The notes under the pieces are model-generated. The model saw nothing but the letters and a program-made list of their open reading frames with translations, searched no databases and was not told the origin of the DNA. 64,000 bases of DNA from an uncultured Desulfobacterales bacterium (GTDB taxonomy: Bacteria; Desulfobacterota; Desulfobacteria; Desulfobacterales; JAHEIW01): positions 44,505-108,504 of the forward strand of contig CAMYLV010000016.1 of assembly GCA_947259495.1 (NCBI GenBank), read 5' to 3'. The position numbers and the translations under genes were made by a program. Positions 1 through 9,366 of this stretch are shown one piece after another; within the stretch, counting starts at the first letter, position 1; the number at the start of each line of letters is the position of its first letter.

Positions 1-1073
1 TGACCGGTGATCAAATTGACCTTTTTAAATTTCCAGTTCCTCAGTGGTATCCGCTGGACGGTGGGCGCTATATCGGAACGGCCCATTTCATCATCAGCAA
101 AGATCCGGAGACCGGGTGGATCAATCTGGGCACCTACCGCAGCCAGTTGCTTGGAAAAGACAAGATGGGTACCCAGTTTATTAAAGGCAAACACGCTGAC
201 ATCATGCTCAAAAAATACCAGGCCATGGGCAAACCCATGCCCGTAGCTTCGGTTATCGGATGTGACCCCCTGCTCTTTGTCCTGGGAGCGGCCCGGGTCT
301 CAGCCTTTGTATCGGAATATGATGTCGCTGGGGCCCTGCGGGGCGGAGCTGTGGAAGTGGTTAAGGGCGAAACCGTCGATCTTCCGGTGCCGGCTCATGC
401 TGAAATCGTCATCGAGGGCGAAGTGGATGCGGATCAATTTATGGAAGAAGGGCCTTTTGGCGAGTATACCGGTTATTATTCCGGTGTCGGCACCGACCCG
501 CGTAATTTCATCGATGTCAAATGCGTCAGCCACCGAAACAACCCCATTTTGTGGGGAACCACCGTGGGTCGGGCGGTCACCGACACGCATATGACCATGG
601 CCCTCTCATACGGCGCAACCCTCTGGCAGCAGCTGCTGGCCATGAAAATACCGGGCCTTAAAGCGGTTTACTGCCCGCCGGAAGGCTCGGGACGTTTTCT
701 GGCTATCATTTCCATGAAGCAGATGTATCCCGGACATGCCGATCAGGTTCTGACCGCTGCCATCTCCACCGAGATGGGTGCCTATGGTCTGAAGACGGTC
801 ATCGTGGTTGATGAAGATATCGAACCCTGGGATATCCCCAGGGTCATGTATGCCCTTAGTTTCCGATTCCAACCCAATCGATCCCAGGTCATCAAGCGTG
901 GAAGATCAACGCCTCTGGATCCTTCTTTGCCGATCGAAGCCAGGGAAATTACGGGCAGACTCCTGCTGGATGCAACCATTCCGTATGATTGGAAGCATAA
1001 ACCCATTCCGATCGAACTGGATCCGGAAATGGTTGAGAGGATTAAGGGTCGGTGGTCTGAACTGGGCCTTTAG
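1..1073 (+). CDS. UbiD-family (de)carboxylase, 5'-truncated by window edge
   Basis: Frame 3 is open from base 3 (TGDQIDLFKFPVPQWYPLDGGRYIGTAHFIISKDPETGWINLGTYR...). It runs continuously into ORF 147..1073. This DGG-RYIGT / GxYR region is typical of UbiD. The N-terminus lies left of the window. Confidence 0.85.
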   Translation, partial: TGDQIDLFKFPVPQWYPLDGGRYIGTAHFIISKDPETGWINLGTYRSQLLGKDKMGTQFIKGKHADIMLKKYQAMGKPMPVASVIGCDPLLFVLGAARVSAFVSEYDVAGALRGGAVEVVKGETVDLPVPAHAEIVIEGEVDADQFMEEGPFGEYTGYYSGVGTDPRNFIDVKCVSHRNNPILWGTTVGRAVTDTHMTMALSYGATLWQQLLAMKIPGLKAVYCPPEGSGRFLAIISMKQMYPGHADQVLTAAISTEMGAYGLKTVIVVDEDIEPWDIPRVMYALSFRFQPNRSQVIKRGRSTPLDPSLPIEAREITGRLLLDATIPYDWKHKPIPIELDPEMVERIKGRWSELGL

Positions 1074-1254
1074 AACGTAACTCAAGAATGCAACCACGAA
1101 GTGGCTTAGGTTTAAGGCGTCGCTCGCGCAGCGCAGGCGCTTGCGCCGTATCACGCTCCATCCTTTATTATAAAATTATAATAATTCCAGTGTTTTAAAA
1201 CATTTAGTTCACTTTTCACTTTAGCACATATCTTTTGAAAAAGGAACTGCGAAA

Positions 1255-1785
1255 ATGGCAGATAAAAAATTGTTGGACGGCAAACGGGTTCTGGCAGTCG
1301 ACGACGAACAGGATGTTCTGGATACTTTGGTCGATTTACTGCCGATGTGTGAATTGGTAACCGCCTCTTCATTTGAGGAGGCCCGGGAACTGCTGGAATC
1401 CCGGCAGTTCGATCTGGTCATTCTCGATATCATGGGGGTTGACGGTTACGGCCTGCTGGATATGGCGACCCGTAAAAACATCCCGGCGGTCATGCTGACC
1501 GCCCACGCCTGGAGCCCGGATAACCTGGTGCGATCGATCAAAGAGGGTGCGGTCTCCTATCTGCCCAAAGAAGAACTGACAAACATCACAGGCTATTTAA
1601 ATGATGTTTTAACCGCTCAAAAGGAAGGTCGCGATCCATGGGCGTCCTGGCATGATCGCTTGCCGACCTCGTATTTCGAGCGGCGCTGGGGTGCTGCCTG
1701 GCAAGACAACGACCGGAAATTCTGGGAAACTTTTAAAGCCGGTTTAAAGGCCAAGCGCTCCGCATCAAAAAAAGAAGAGGACTAG
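1255..1785 (+). CDS. Stand-alone response regulator (REC domain) with Trp-rich C-terminal tail
   Basis: Has the CheY-like pattern VLAVDDE...DLVILDIMG...MLTA...K. There is no DNA-binding output domain. It is a paralog of 50184..50672. Confidence 0.85.
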   Translation: MADKKLLDGKRVLAVDDEQDVLDTLVDLLPMCELVTASSFEEARELLESRQFDLVILDIMGVDGYGLLDMATRKNIPAVMLTAHAWSPDNLVRSIKEGAVSYLPKEELTNITGYLNDVLTAQKEGRDPWASWHDRLPTSYFERRWGAAWQDNDRKFWETFKAGLKAKRSASKKEED

Positions 1786-1952
1786 AAACTGTCTCTAAAT
1801 CGCACGATATAGAACGAATTAAATCATTACCCATAAATACACAGCAGCGATTTGCAAGCTTAACCGTTTATGATAGCTTTATGTCAACAATTCACCACTG
1901 GCTTAGGTAATTTATTGTGGCGCTGTGTATAGCACTTAAAGGGAGGAAAATT

Positions 1953-3608
1953 GTGAAACCGATCCGTTATCAAAAAGAGATGGTCGCTGAATTCTTGAAC
2001 GAAGGCTACTGGACTCAGGAATTGTTTTACGATTTCTGGGATCGCAATGCCCGCGAGTATGGCGACCGGGAAGCATTGGTGGATTCCAAATATCGCGTTA
2101 CATGGGCGGAAGCCAAACGCCTGGTGGACGGGATTGCCGCTACCTGGGTTCAAATGGGCATCCCCCAATATTCGCGCATCATTATTCAATCGCCGAACAG
2201 TGTTTACGGCTTTCTGGCCAGAATCGCCAGTGAAAGAGCCGGTCTCATATCTCTGACGGTCTATCCGTATCTTCGTCAACGGGAATTGGAATACATGGTG
2301 GAACGAACCGAAGCCGCAGCAGTGGTCATTCCCCATGAATACCGCAAGTTTGATTATCTGGAAATGTATAAAGAACTGCAACAGCGGTTTCCGCACCTCG
2401 AAAATATCTTTCTTTTTGACGACACGGTGCCGGATTCGGCCCCGCAGAACACCTATTCGCTAACCCAGTTGGCCCGGGAGGCCGCTGAAAAACCCATCGA
2501 TGAAAATGTCCTTAAGGAAAGACGATTGGATCCGCTCTGGAATATTGCGCTGCTGACCACCACTTCAGGCACTACCGGACTGCCCAAACTGGTGGAATGG
2601 CCCACTGCCCCCCGGGTTTGCACGTCCAAAGGGCGCGTGAGCATCTGGGGCCTTAACAAGGATGACATTACCATGGCGATTGCCCCGCATGCCGGCGGCG
2701 CAGCCGGAACCCTGACTTATTTTGCCGCACCGTTGGCCGGTGCCAAAACGGTCATGCTAGAAGAGTTCATCCCGGAGGATGCCCTGGCCCTGATTGAAAA
2801 GGAAAAAGCCACGGCTATCGGCGTGGTCCCCACGCATCTGGTGCGCATGCTGGAATGCGACACCTCCAAATATGATCTTAGCTCCCTGCGGTTCATCCGC
2901 TCCGCCGGCGGCTACCTTTCGCCTCAGATTGCCGAAGAAGCCGAGAAAGCCTTCGGTGCTGTCATCACCAGCGATCTGGGCACCCAGGACATGGGCTCGG
3001 TGTCCGGATGTCGGGTCGAAGATAGCAAAGATTTGCGCCGCCGAACCGTCGGGCGCATGCTGCCCGGCAACAAGGTGGTCCTTAAGGATGAAGACGGCAA
3101 TAAGGTGCCGGACGGCGAGCCCGGCATCCTGTATTTCAGAGGTCCCCACGCTCCTGCCGGCTATTATCGCGATGCAGAGCTGACCTCCACTGTGTTCGAT
3201 CCCGATGGGTGGACCACTACCGGCGACATTGTCAAATTCGACCAAGAGTGTCTCTGGATATTGGGCCGCGCCAAAGATATGATCATACGCGGGGGTCAGA
3301 ATATTTATCCAGCTGAAATCGAGGGCTTGCTGAATGATCACCCCAAGGTGGCCTCGGTCGCCGTTGTCGGCTATCCGGACAGGGAAATGGGTGAACGGGC
3401 CTGCGCTTATGTGATACCCAGAGCAGGTCAGGATTTTACCTTCGATGAAATGGTGGAATTCCTGAAAGGCAAACAACTGGCCATGTTCAAACTGCCGGAG
3501 CGCCTGGAGGTTGTTTCGGAATTTCCGGCTGTCGGTGACTCGGGCAAGATCAACAAAGAAACTCTTAAAAAGGAAATTGCGGAGAAGTTAAAGCAGGAAA
3601 GTGCCTAG
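1953..3608 (+). CDS. AMP-dependent aryl/acyl-CoA ligase
   Basis: Contains the AMP-binding motif TTTSGTTGLPK and a C-terminal GKI/K motif. A GTG start at 1953 sits 6 nt after GGGAGG (1941-1946). The listed 1917 start is probably too long. Confidence 0.85.
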   Translation: MKPIRYQKEMVAEFLNEGYWTQELFYDFWDRNAREYGDREALVDSKYRVTWAEAKRLVDGIAATWVQMGIPQYSRIIIQSPNSVYGFLARIASERAGLISLTVYPYLRQRELEYMVERTEAAAVVIPHEYRKFDYLEMYKELQQRFPHLENIFLFDDTVPDSAPQNTYSLTQLAREAAEKPIDENVLKERRLDPLWNIALLTTTSGTTGLPKLVEWPTAPRVCTSKGRVSIWGLNKDDITMAIAPHAGGAAGTLTYFAAPLAGAKTVMLEEFIPEDALALIEKEKATAIGVVPTHLVRMLECDTSKYDLSSLRFIRSAGGYLSPQIAEEAEKAFGAVITSDLGTQDMGSVSGCRVEDSKDLRRRTVGRMLPGNKVVLKDEDGNKVPDGEPGILYFRGPHAPAGYYRDAELTSTVFDPDGWTTTGDIVKFDQECLWILGRAKDMIIRGGQNIYPAEIEGLLNDHPKVASVAVVGYPDREMGERACAYVIPRAGQDFTFDEMVEFLKGKQLAMFKLPERLEVVSEFPAVGDSGKINKETLKKEIAEKLKQESA

Positions 3609-3745
3609 AAGCCATTTCAAAACCTCTTTAGAGCTAATTTTGCGGACTTTTGTTAAAAAGCGCTTAGCGCAGTGGAGCGTAAAATCTTGAATTGTTTGAG
3701 GCAAAAGCCGCAAATCGGCTGGAACGGGGTTTTGAAATGGCTTCT
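3607..3745. repeat. Extended imperfect palindrome directly after the CoA-ligase stop codon
   Basis: Perfect 18-bp arms: AGAAGCCATTTCAAAACC (3607-3624) and GGTTTTGAAATGGCTTCT (3728-3745). Inner arms: TTTGCGGACTTTTG and CAAAAGCCGCAAA. Confidence 0.7.
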
Positions 3746-3758
3746 AACCTTAATTAGC

Positions 3759-3831
3759 CTCATGCAAAGGCGCGAAGTCGCAAAGAAGATTTCTAGCGCT
3801 ATACATTATATGCTAAGCGGCTTTGCGTGAG
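3759..3831. repeat. Second imperfect palindrome built from GCAAAG-type words
   Basis: CTCATGCAAAGGCGC (3759-3773) is complementary to GCGGCTTTGCGTGAG (3817-3831) at 13 of 15 positions. Confidence 0.55.
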
Positions 3832-3853
3832 CAATACCTACCATAGATAACCG

Positions 3854-5065
3854 ATGCAAAAGACCGTACTGATCATTTCAACCCTGGACACCAAGGGACT
3901 GGAAACCGATTATCTGATGGAAAAATTGAAGGGACTGGGTCTCAACACGCTCCTGATGGATATCTCCATGCGCGGCGATGCGCCATCCAGCGCAGACATC
4001 CCACCCGATCGAGTTGCCGCAGCCGGCGGCAGCAATTTTGAAGAAATCCGCAACTCACGCAACCGCTCACAGATCACCAATATTACAATGGCAGGCGCCT
4101 CTCGTATTGCAGCTGATCTGCTTTCTGAAAACAAACTCGACGGATTGATCGCAATGGGCGGCTCGACCGGCACGCTAATGGCCACCGAAGTGATGCGGTC
4201 CCTGCCCTTTGGCATACCCAAAGTAATGATTTCTTCTACGGCAGCACTGCCGGGACTTGCCACCCGCTACATCGGTACCGGCGATATCGCCCTTTTCCAT
4301 TCAGTAATTGAAATTTCGGGGATCACCGATTTGCTCAAAAATGTCATGGATCGTGCAGCTGAAGCCCTGGCCGGGATGGTGCTGGGTACGATCACCTCGC
4401 CCAAAGCCCAAAAAGGTAAAGCAATTGCATTGACCATGCTGGGCCCCTGTGAAAAATGTGCCAGCGCCGTTCGTTCCGGTCTTGAAAACAAGGGCTTTCA
4501 GGTCATTGGTTTTTCGGCTGCCGGTATCGGTGACCGGGCCATGGAAGATATGGTTGCTGATGGTTTCTTTCAGGGCGTCGTTGATCTAGCCCCGGGTGGC
4601 GTCGGCGAACATCTGTACGGATTTATGCGGGATGCCGGACCCCATCGTCTGGAAACAGCCGGCAAGGCCGGTATCCCCCAGATCATTTCAACCTGCAGTG
4701 TCAATCACATGACGCCGGCCAAGTCTAAATACAAGCCGGACTATCATAAGCGCCGCAAGTATGATCTGGATAAATTCAGAACCTGGATTCGTTTATCCAG
4801 CGATGAACTCAAGGAGGTCGCCGGGGCTTTCGCCGCTAAACTCAATAATGCGTCCGGTCCGGTCAGTGTCATCATACCGCAAAAGGGATGGTCCTCTGTG
4901 GACAGCCCGGAAAATCCAACTTACGACCCTGAAGAAGATCAGGTATTTGTCGAAACGCTTCGCGAACAGCTGAATTCCGATGTCAGAATAATTGAAATCC
5001 CGGCCAATATGGAAGATGAAACCTTTGCGCAGGCGGTTGTCATGGCTGCATTGGAGATCTTTTAA
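3854..5065 (+). CDS. UPF0261 / Tm-1-like ATP-binding protein
   Basis: The N-terminus MQKTVLIISTLDTKGLETDYL and the roughly 400-aa length match the UPF0261 family pattern as I remember it. Confidence 0.7.
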   Translation: MQKTVLIISTLDTKGLETDYLMEKLKGLGLNTLLMDISMRGDAPSSADIPPDRVAAAGGSNFEEIRNSRNRSQITNITMAGASRIAADLLSENKLDGLIAMGGSTGTLMATEVMRSLPFGIPKVMISSTAALPGLATRYIGTGDIALFHSVIEISGITDLLKNVMDRAAEALAGMVLGTITSPKAQKGKAIALTMLGPCEKCASAVRSGLENKGFQVIGFSAAGIGDRAMEDMVADGFFQGVVDLAPGGVGEHLYGFMRDAGPHRLETAGKAGIPQIISTCSVNHMTPAKSKYKPDYHKRRKYDLDKFRTWIRLSSDELKEVAGAFAAKLNNASGPVSVIIPQKGWSSVDSPENPTYDPEEDQVFVETLREQLNSDVRIIEIPANMEDETFAQAVVMAALEIF

Positions 5066-5455
5066 ATGGCAACTCTGGATTTTACCGTACAAACCGAAGA
5101 AGATGCTTATAATCTTTCCGCCAATGTCAGACTGATTGGCGCCGACGTGCTGGTGGCCATTTGGGGCGGAGAAAGACCTCATATTGGAGCCGTGGCGGTT
5201 GCCCAGCCCCGCCCCAGCCTCAAAGATCCTGCAGTGACCAGTGCCAGCGCATCCGTTATATGCCTTGTGGGGCACAAGGAAGACGAACTGGCCAAGGCGA
5301 CGGCCGAGATTCTGGCAGCGGCATTGAAAACGCAGGTTGTTGTCACAGCCGGGATCCATTGGGACAACCTGGCGCCGGAAGCCATCCAGCGTATCGTCCG
5401 GCACAGTGAAATTCTGGTAGAGATAATTTTGACCCGGCTTGCCGCCGAAACCTGA
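5066..5455 (+). CDS. Small protein translationally coupled to the UPF0261 gene; possibly an LpdD-like prenyl-FMN chaperone (tentative)
   Basis: TAAATG stop/start junction at 5063-5068. The protein is 129 aa with GGERPHIGAVAV. It lies between UbiD/UbiX-context genes. The family assignment is from memory only. Confidence 0.5.
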   Translation: MATLDFTVQTEEDAYNLSANVRLIGADVLVAIWGGERPHIGAVAVAQPRPSLKDPAVTSASASVICLVGHKEDELAKATAEILAAALKTQVVVTAGIHWDNLAPEAIQRIVRHSEILVEIILTRLAAET

Positions 5456-5462
5456 TCTCGTT

Positions 5463-5568
5463 ATACCGCTTTTCATAATAATGTTCTAAGTCAGGGAATT
5501 GGGGTATAAGTGGTTGTAGAAAAAATCGCTTGAATAACGGAACGTTTTTTTGACAACCACTGTAAAAG
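5463..5568 (+). repeat. Copy 1 of a roughly 105-nt intergenic element with interleaved hairpins and a T-run
   Basis: About 80% identical by eye to 48144-48248. Arms: AATGTTC (5480-5486) with GAACGTT (5540-5546) followed by T7, and AGTGGTTGT (5509-5517) with ACAACCACT (5553-5561). Contains TTGACA. Confidence 0.7.
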
Positions 5569-5656
5569 AACTCTGGGATAGACGTAAAAGTATATTCTTT
5601 TAATCCAAAATCATGTATATTAAAAAATAAGATTATATAACCAAAAGGAATAATTG

Positions 5657-6277
5657 ATGGCTAAACGAATTGTAATCGGTATATCCGGTGCCAGTGGGGT
5701 CACCTATGGGGTCCGTATGCTGGAGTTACTCGGAGAAATGGATTTCGAAACCCATTTGATTATCTCCAAGGCCGGCCGGTTAAATATCGAGATCGAAACA
5801 GACTACCAACCCGATGCCGTTGAAGCCATGGCGGATTTTACCTACGACCATAAGGATATGGCTGCATCTTTAGCAAGCGGGTCTTTTTTAACCGAAGGCA
5901 TGGTGGTCGTACCCTGCACCATTAAATCGCTTTCCGGCATCGCCAATTCCTATAATGAAAACCTGCTGGTGCGGGCAGCGGATGTCACCTTAAAAGAAAA
6001 GCGGAAACTGGTGCTGGTTATCAGGGAAACACCGCTGCATGTTGGGCACCTGCGCCTGATGACCCTGGCTGCTGAAATGGGCGCCCATCTGCTGCCCCCG
6101 GTCCCTTCATTTTACCATCAGCCCAAAACCATCGAAGATATCATTGACCAAACCATCGGCAAAGTTTTCGACTATATGGGCATTGAACACGATCTGTTCA
6201 AGCGCTGGGGAGAAAACAAACAGATAGAAAAACCCCGCAAAAAGAATACCCGAATTTTACTGGCACAAAAAAAATGA
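5657..6277 (+). CDS. ubiX: Flavin prenyltransferase UbiX
   Basis: MAKRIVIGISGASGVTYG...VVPCTIKSLSGIA is a classic UbiX/Pad1 sequence. The ATG at 5657 follows AAAGGA. Confidence 0.9.
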   Translation: MAKRIVIGISGASGVTYGVRMLELLGEMDFETHLIISKAGRLNIEIETDYQPDAVEAMADFTYDHKDMAASLASGSFLTEGMVVVPCTIKSLSGIANSYNENLLVRAADVTLKEKRKLVLVIRETPLHVGHLRLMTLAAEMGAHLLPPVPSFYHQPKTIEDIIDQTIGKVFDYMGIEHDLFKRWGENKQIEKPRKKNTRILLAQKK

Positions 6278-6376
6278 TCAGATTGCCGGTCGTTTCATTC
6301 TGATTGATAGCGGCTGAAAAGATTTTCAATTGAAATATTCGACAGCGGCGGGCACTTGGTTTGGAATTCTATTTCC

Positions 6377-7117
6377 TTATTTCTTTCTTTTGTCTTTTAA
6401 ATAAATTGCCTTTGAGGGTCCAACGCCAATAGCTCTCTCTTCGATTTGGAATAGCTTTGTTGCTGATGCAAGTTCCCCCAACTTTTTGTAACCATAGTTT
6501 CGTGGATCAAACTCTGGTGCCTGCTTGGCAATGTTGCTACCCACGGATGCAAGATGAGCCCAACCAGAATCGTCCGAAGATGCCTCAACAGCGTTTCTTA
6601 ATAAATTAACGAGCTTCGTGTCTTTCTTAAGCCCGCTGGTTGTCTTGCGCCTTATTTTCTCACTATAATCACCTTCGGAACGCAGCACTTCAGTGAAAAC
6701 AAACTTATCACACGCAGAAACGAATGCTTCAGGGGTTTTTCCCTCCCCAAATCCATATACAAAAAGGCCCGCTTCCCTTATCCTTGATGCTAACTTGGTA
6801 AAATCACTATCGCTGGATACGATACAAAAACCGTCAAATTTGCCCGTGTAAAGCAAATCCATTGCGTCAATTATCAATGCACTGTCGGTTGCATTTTTCC
6901 CTGAAGTATACCCAAATTGCTGTATGGGCTGTATTGAATACTGTAAAAGAACTTCCTTCCACCCTTTAAGGCCTGCTCGCGTCCAGTCACCGTAAATCCT
7001 TTTTACATTAGCGGTTCCATATTTTGCGATTTCCGATAGTAGTCCGTCAACAATAGAAGGTTGGGCGTTGTCTGCATCTATTAATACGGCCAATTTTTCA
7101 ATTTTTTCGTCTGACAT
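6377..7117 (-). CDS. NYN-domain (LabA-like) protein with C-terminal OST-HTH/LOTUS-like region
   Basis: LAVLIDADNA...KNATDSALIIDAMD...IVSSDSDF matches the NYN pattern. The C-terminal roughly 70 aa resemble OST-HTH. Confidence 0.8.
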   Translation of the reverse strand: MSDEKIEKLAVLIDADNAQPSIVDGLLSEIAKYGTANVKRIYGDWTRAGLKGWKEVLLQYSIQPIQQFGYTSGKNATDSALIIDAMDLLYTGKFDGFCIVSSDSDFTKLASRIREAGLFVYGFGEGKTPEAFVSACDKFVFTEVLRSEGDYSEKIRRKTTSGLKKDTKLVNLLRNAVEASSDDSGWAHLASVGSNIAKQAPEFDPRNYGYKKLGELASATKLFQIEERAIGVGPSKAIYLKDKRKK

Positions 7118-7360
7118 ATTTTCCTTTTATGATTCTAACATTTATATGGGGCGGTGAATCCGCCGGCTTCTGATTGTTCTGCGAATGGATTTAGGCGCCT
7201 CATCGAATGGTTCGCGCAACAGCAGCCGCGATAGAACGATTCGAGCTTACTACTGTCGTCCCGACGCGGTCTGCTGCATGCGCTTTTTAGCTGCCTTTAG
7301 TCTCTATAGTAATAATTTCGACGTGCTCCATCGAAACGCTTCGTTTTTATGCAACACTTC

Positions 7361-7498
7361 TTAAAACAAGCGCCCTGATCCACAGGGACATGGATCGTTT
7401 CTGCCAAGTTTCTCGATCAGTTCCTTGTCCCCATGCACGATGCGAATCCCTCGCTTCACATTTGCTTCGGAAGGGAAACCTCTTCTGCGCTTGCTCAT
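7361..7498 (-). pseudogene. SEC-C motif protein remnant (frameshifted)
   Basis: A 45-codon minus-strand ORF ends ...[14 protein letters not shown]. The expected KKCC continues in another frame. Upstream minus-strand frames carry stop-broken protein-like sequence up to about 8000. Confidence 0.45.
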
Positions 7499-7972
7499 CG
7501 GCTCAAAATAACACCTTCCCTCTGCGTTGTTTCTTCCGTTTCATGGTACACCTCACTTTCTATGGCGGCCTCACCACGGGACAGCTAACTTTAATACCAA
7601 ATGGCAGTCGTCGATTTTGATCTTTTAATATGTCCAATTCCTCGCCGCCCTTTTGACGATATGAATCCCGTTCAATTTCCTTCGAGCTCCCCGCCGCATT
7701 CAATAGGCGTATTAACCATGAACATACCAGCTTCCGCCGCCTCAGACATTTCAAGCTGGCTTCGCAGCTGTGCAGTTTTTTCATCGTCTTTATTCATGCC
7801 GGCAACAAGAAAAGCAAAGCCACGCGGTGTCAGCCTCTCATCCGCTTTTTTTGCCAGACATTTGCAAATGGGGAGCCCCAGATCGGTAGATGAGCTACAG
7901 GCCTTAACAAATGCGTTAATGTCATCGGATGTGATTCCGGAAATGGGGGACCGTTACGGGTCACTTGCAATA

Positions 7973-8040
7973 GGAAATTCAGAAGCAACTAATATGGGCT
8001 TATACCCAAATCGATGGGGTTTAGTCAATCATAATCGAGA
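7973..8040 (+). repeat. Island-boundary direct repeat, copy a
   Basis: The core TTATACCCAAATCGATGGGGTTTAGTCAAT (8000-8029) is identical 30/30 to 25788-25817. It also resembles 22998-23040. Confidence 0.75.
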
Positions 8041-8101
8041 ATAACGATGGGTGGTGATTTACTGAAAGACTGTCGAAAAAGTTCAAACATTTAGTTAACA
8101 T

Positions 8102-8497
8102 CTATTTTAATATTGCGTTCTGAATATACCCTTGCGTTTTACGGGGGTAAGGTTTTCGATGATTTAGACTAAATCTGCGTTCTGACCGTATTTTTCTTGC
8201 TACTTGGCTTCTTCGGTCAAACCCTTTTCTACGGTCCCTGCCCAATCTTTTTTCTGGGAAATAAGTTATACAAAAAAATTTCCGCCTATCCTTTCCTGAA
8301 CGGGTTCCACCATTATCTGTCAGCTTTAATTTCCTGGTCGCCAATATCTGGTCTTTTTTAAGTACACTAATGATATATTTCAATTTTTTCCGAATTGTTT
8401 TGGCATGCATTTTTTTATGTTTGGATAAAACGTAACCACAATATTGACATTTATGCATCCCTTCTTGCGGTAGCTTACATCTTGGACAGTTTTTCAT
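8102..8497 (-). CDS. Zinc-ribbon protein with basic [DE]RR-repeat tail
   Basis: N-terminal CPRC...CQYC. Repeated GKDRRK, GRDRRKGFDRR and SERR motifs. The motif is shared with 24140..24355. Confidence 0.5.
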   Translation of the reverse strand: MKNCPRCKLPQEGMHKCQYCGYVLSKHKKMHAKTIRKKLKYIISVLKKDQILATRKLKLTDNGGTRSGKDRRKFFCITYFPEKRLGRDRRKGFDRRSQVARKIRSERRFSLNHRKPYPRKTQGYIQNAILK

Positions 8498-9110
8498 TTT
8501 TGCTAATGCTTTTTTTAAAAAGAGAGGGTATGATTTTCCACTAATTGAGGCTAACTCTACTACCTGATTACCTTTCTAATAATGGCAGAGATGACGATCA
8601 AAACCAATCCAAGCAATATCATCGACATAGTTTCTGGCTCCAAAATAGGTGGTGTTTGGATAAACTGTCAGTGTTACTTCTGAATTTGAAAAGGGAATTG
8701 GATTTGTGACTTATGAGGAGAAAGTTAAAATTTAATTCAATTTCATTAAATGCCTGAAAATCTATTCAGCCACACGATGAACCACAAAAATTCGAAACTC
8801 AAATTCAATTAAGCAACGGTAGGATTAATTAAATAAAAATGGTAAAGGATGTCAAGTAAAAAGCTGAGAGCTAATAAAAATTTAACAATATTAACAAATA
8901 GTTATGTAGTAATCTAAATATATAGTTATATTGTTTTCTTTGGATAAAGAAATTTTCTATATTGCATTAAATGAAAATTCAAATTTATACAGGGCTTTTA
9001 GATGCCTTGATTAGCTCCTCTTAGCGGACTATCATCTTCCTCTTTTTGAGCAACAGGCTGTATAATCAAACCACAGATACATTGAGAAGCTACCAGTTAT
9101 CACAATAAAG

Positions 9111-9181
9111 GAAATTATTGCAGATACCAAATGGATATCACAGGAATTTTAGCGCTCTGATAGTTGTACTTTGTTGGAAGT
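9111..9181 (+). repeat. Island intergenic repeat family, copy C1
   Basis: Matches 19584-19654 at 66 of 71 positions (GAAATTATTGCAGATAYCAAATG.ATATCACA.GAATTTTAGCGC.CTGATAGTTGTACTTTGTTGGA.GT). Confidence 0.75.
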
Positions 9182-9366
9182 ATAAAAGGTTTTGGAATTG
9201 CAAAGAAACCCGCGATACACAGAAAAAGCGCAAGGTTTAGCAGTGATAAAACAGACTTAACTTGACAATTGCAAATAATAGGTAATGCGTTCTCTTCTGG
9301 GGTCATTCAACAATTTTAAGAAGGTATCATTTACCTGCTTTTCCAGATGCTCCGTTCAGATTATCA

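Noticed and set aside
1890-1912. Sigma-54 promoter (TGGC...TTGC) upstream of the first CoA ligase
   Set aside because: CTGGCTTAGGTAATTTATT has the GG, but no GC element sits at the required 10-nt spacing.
7998-8030. A tRNA/tmRNA 3' end as the duplicated integration target
   Set aside because: The core forms only a 4-bp hairpin (ACCC...GGGT around ATCGAT). No T-arm/acceptor pattern or cloverleaf is present in the flanks on either strand.
7601-8044. 147-aa plus-strand ORF
   Set aside because: It has no RBS and low-complexity sequence. It runs antisense to stop-broken protein-like frames and ends inside the boundary repeat, so it is most likely spurious.
9115-9306. 63-aa minus-strand ORF overlapping repeat C1
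   Set aside because: Its C-terminal third is encoded by the repeat itself. The second repeat copy is not in an ORF, so conservation reflects the DNA element rather than coding.
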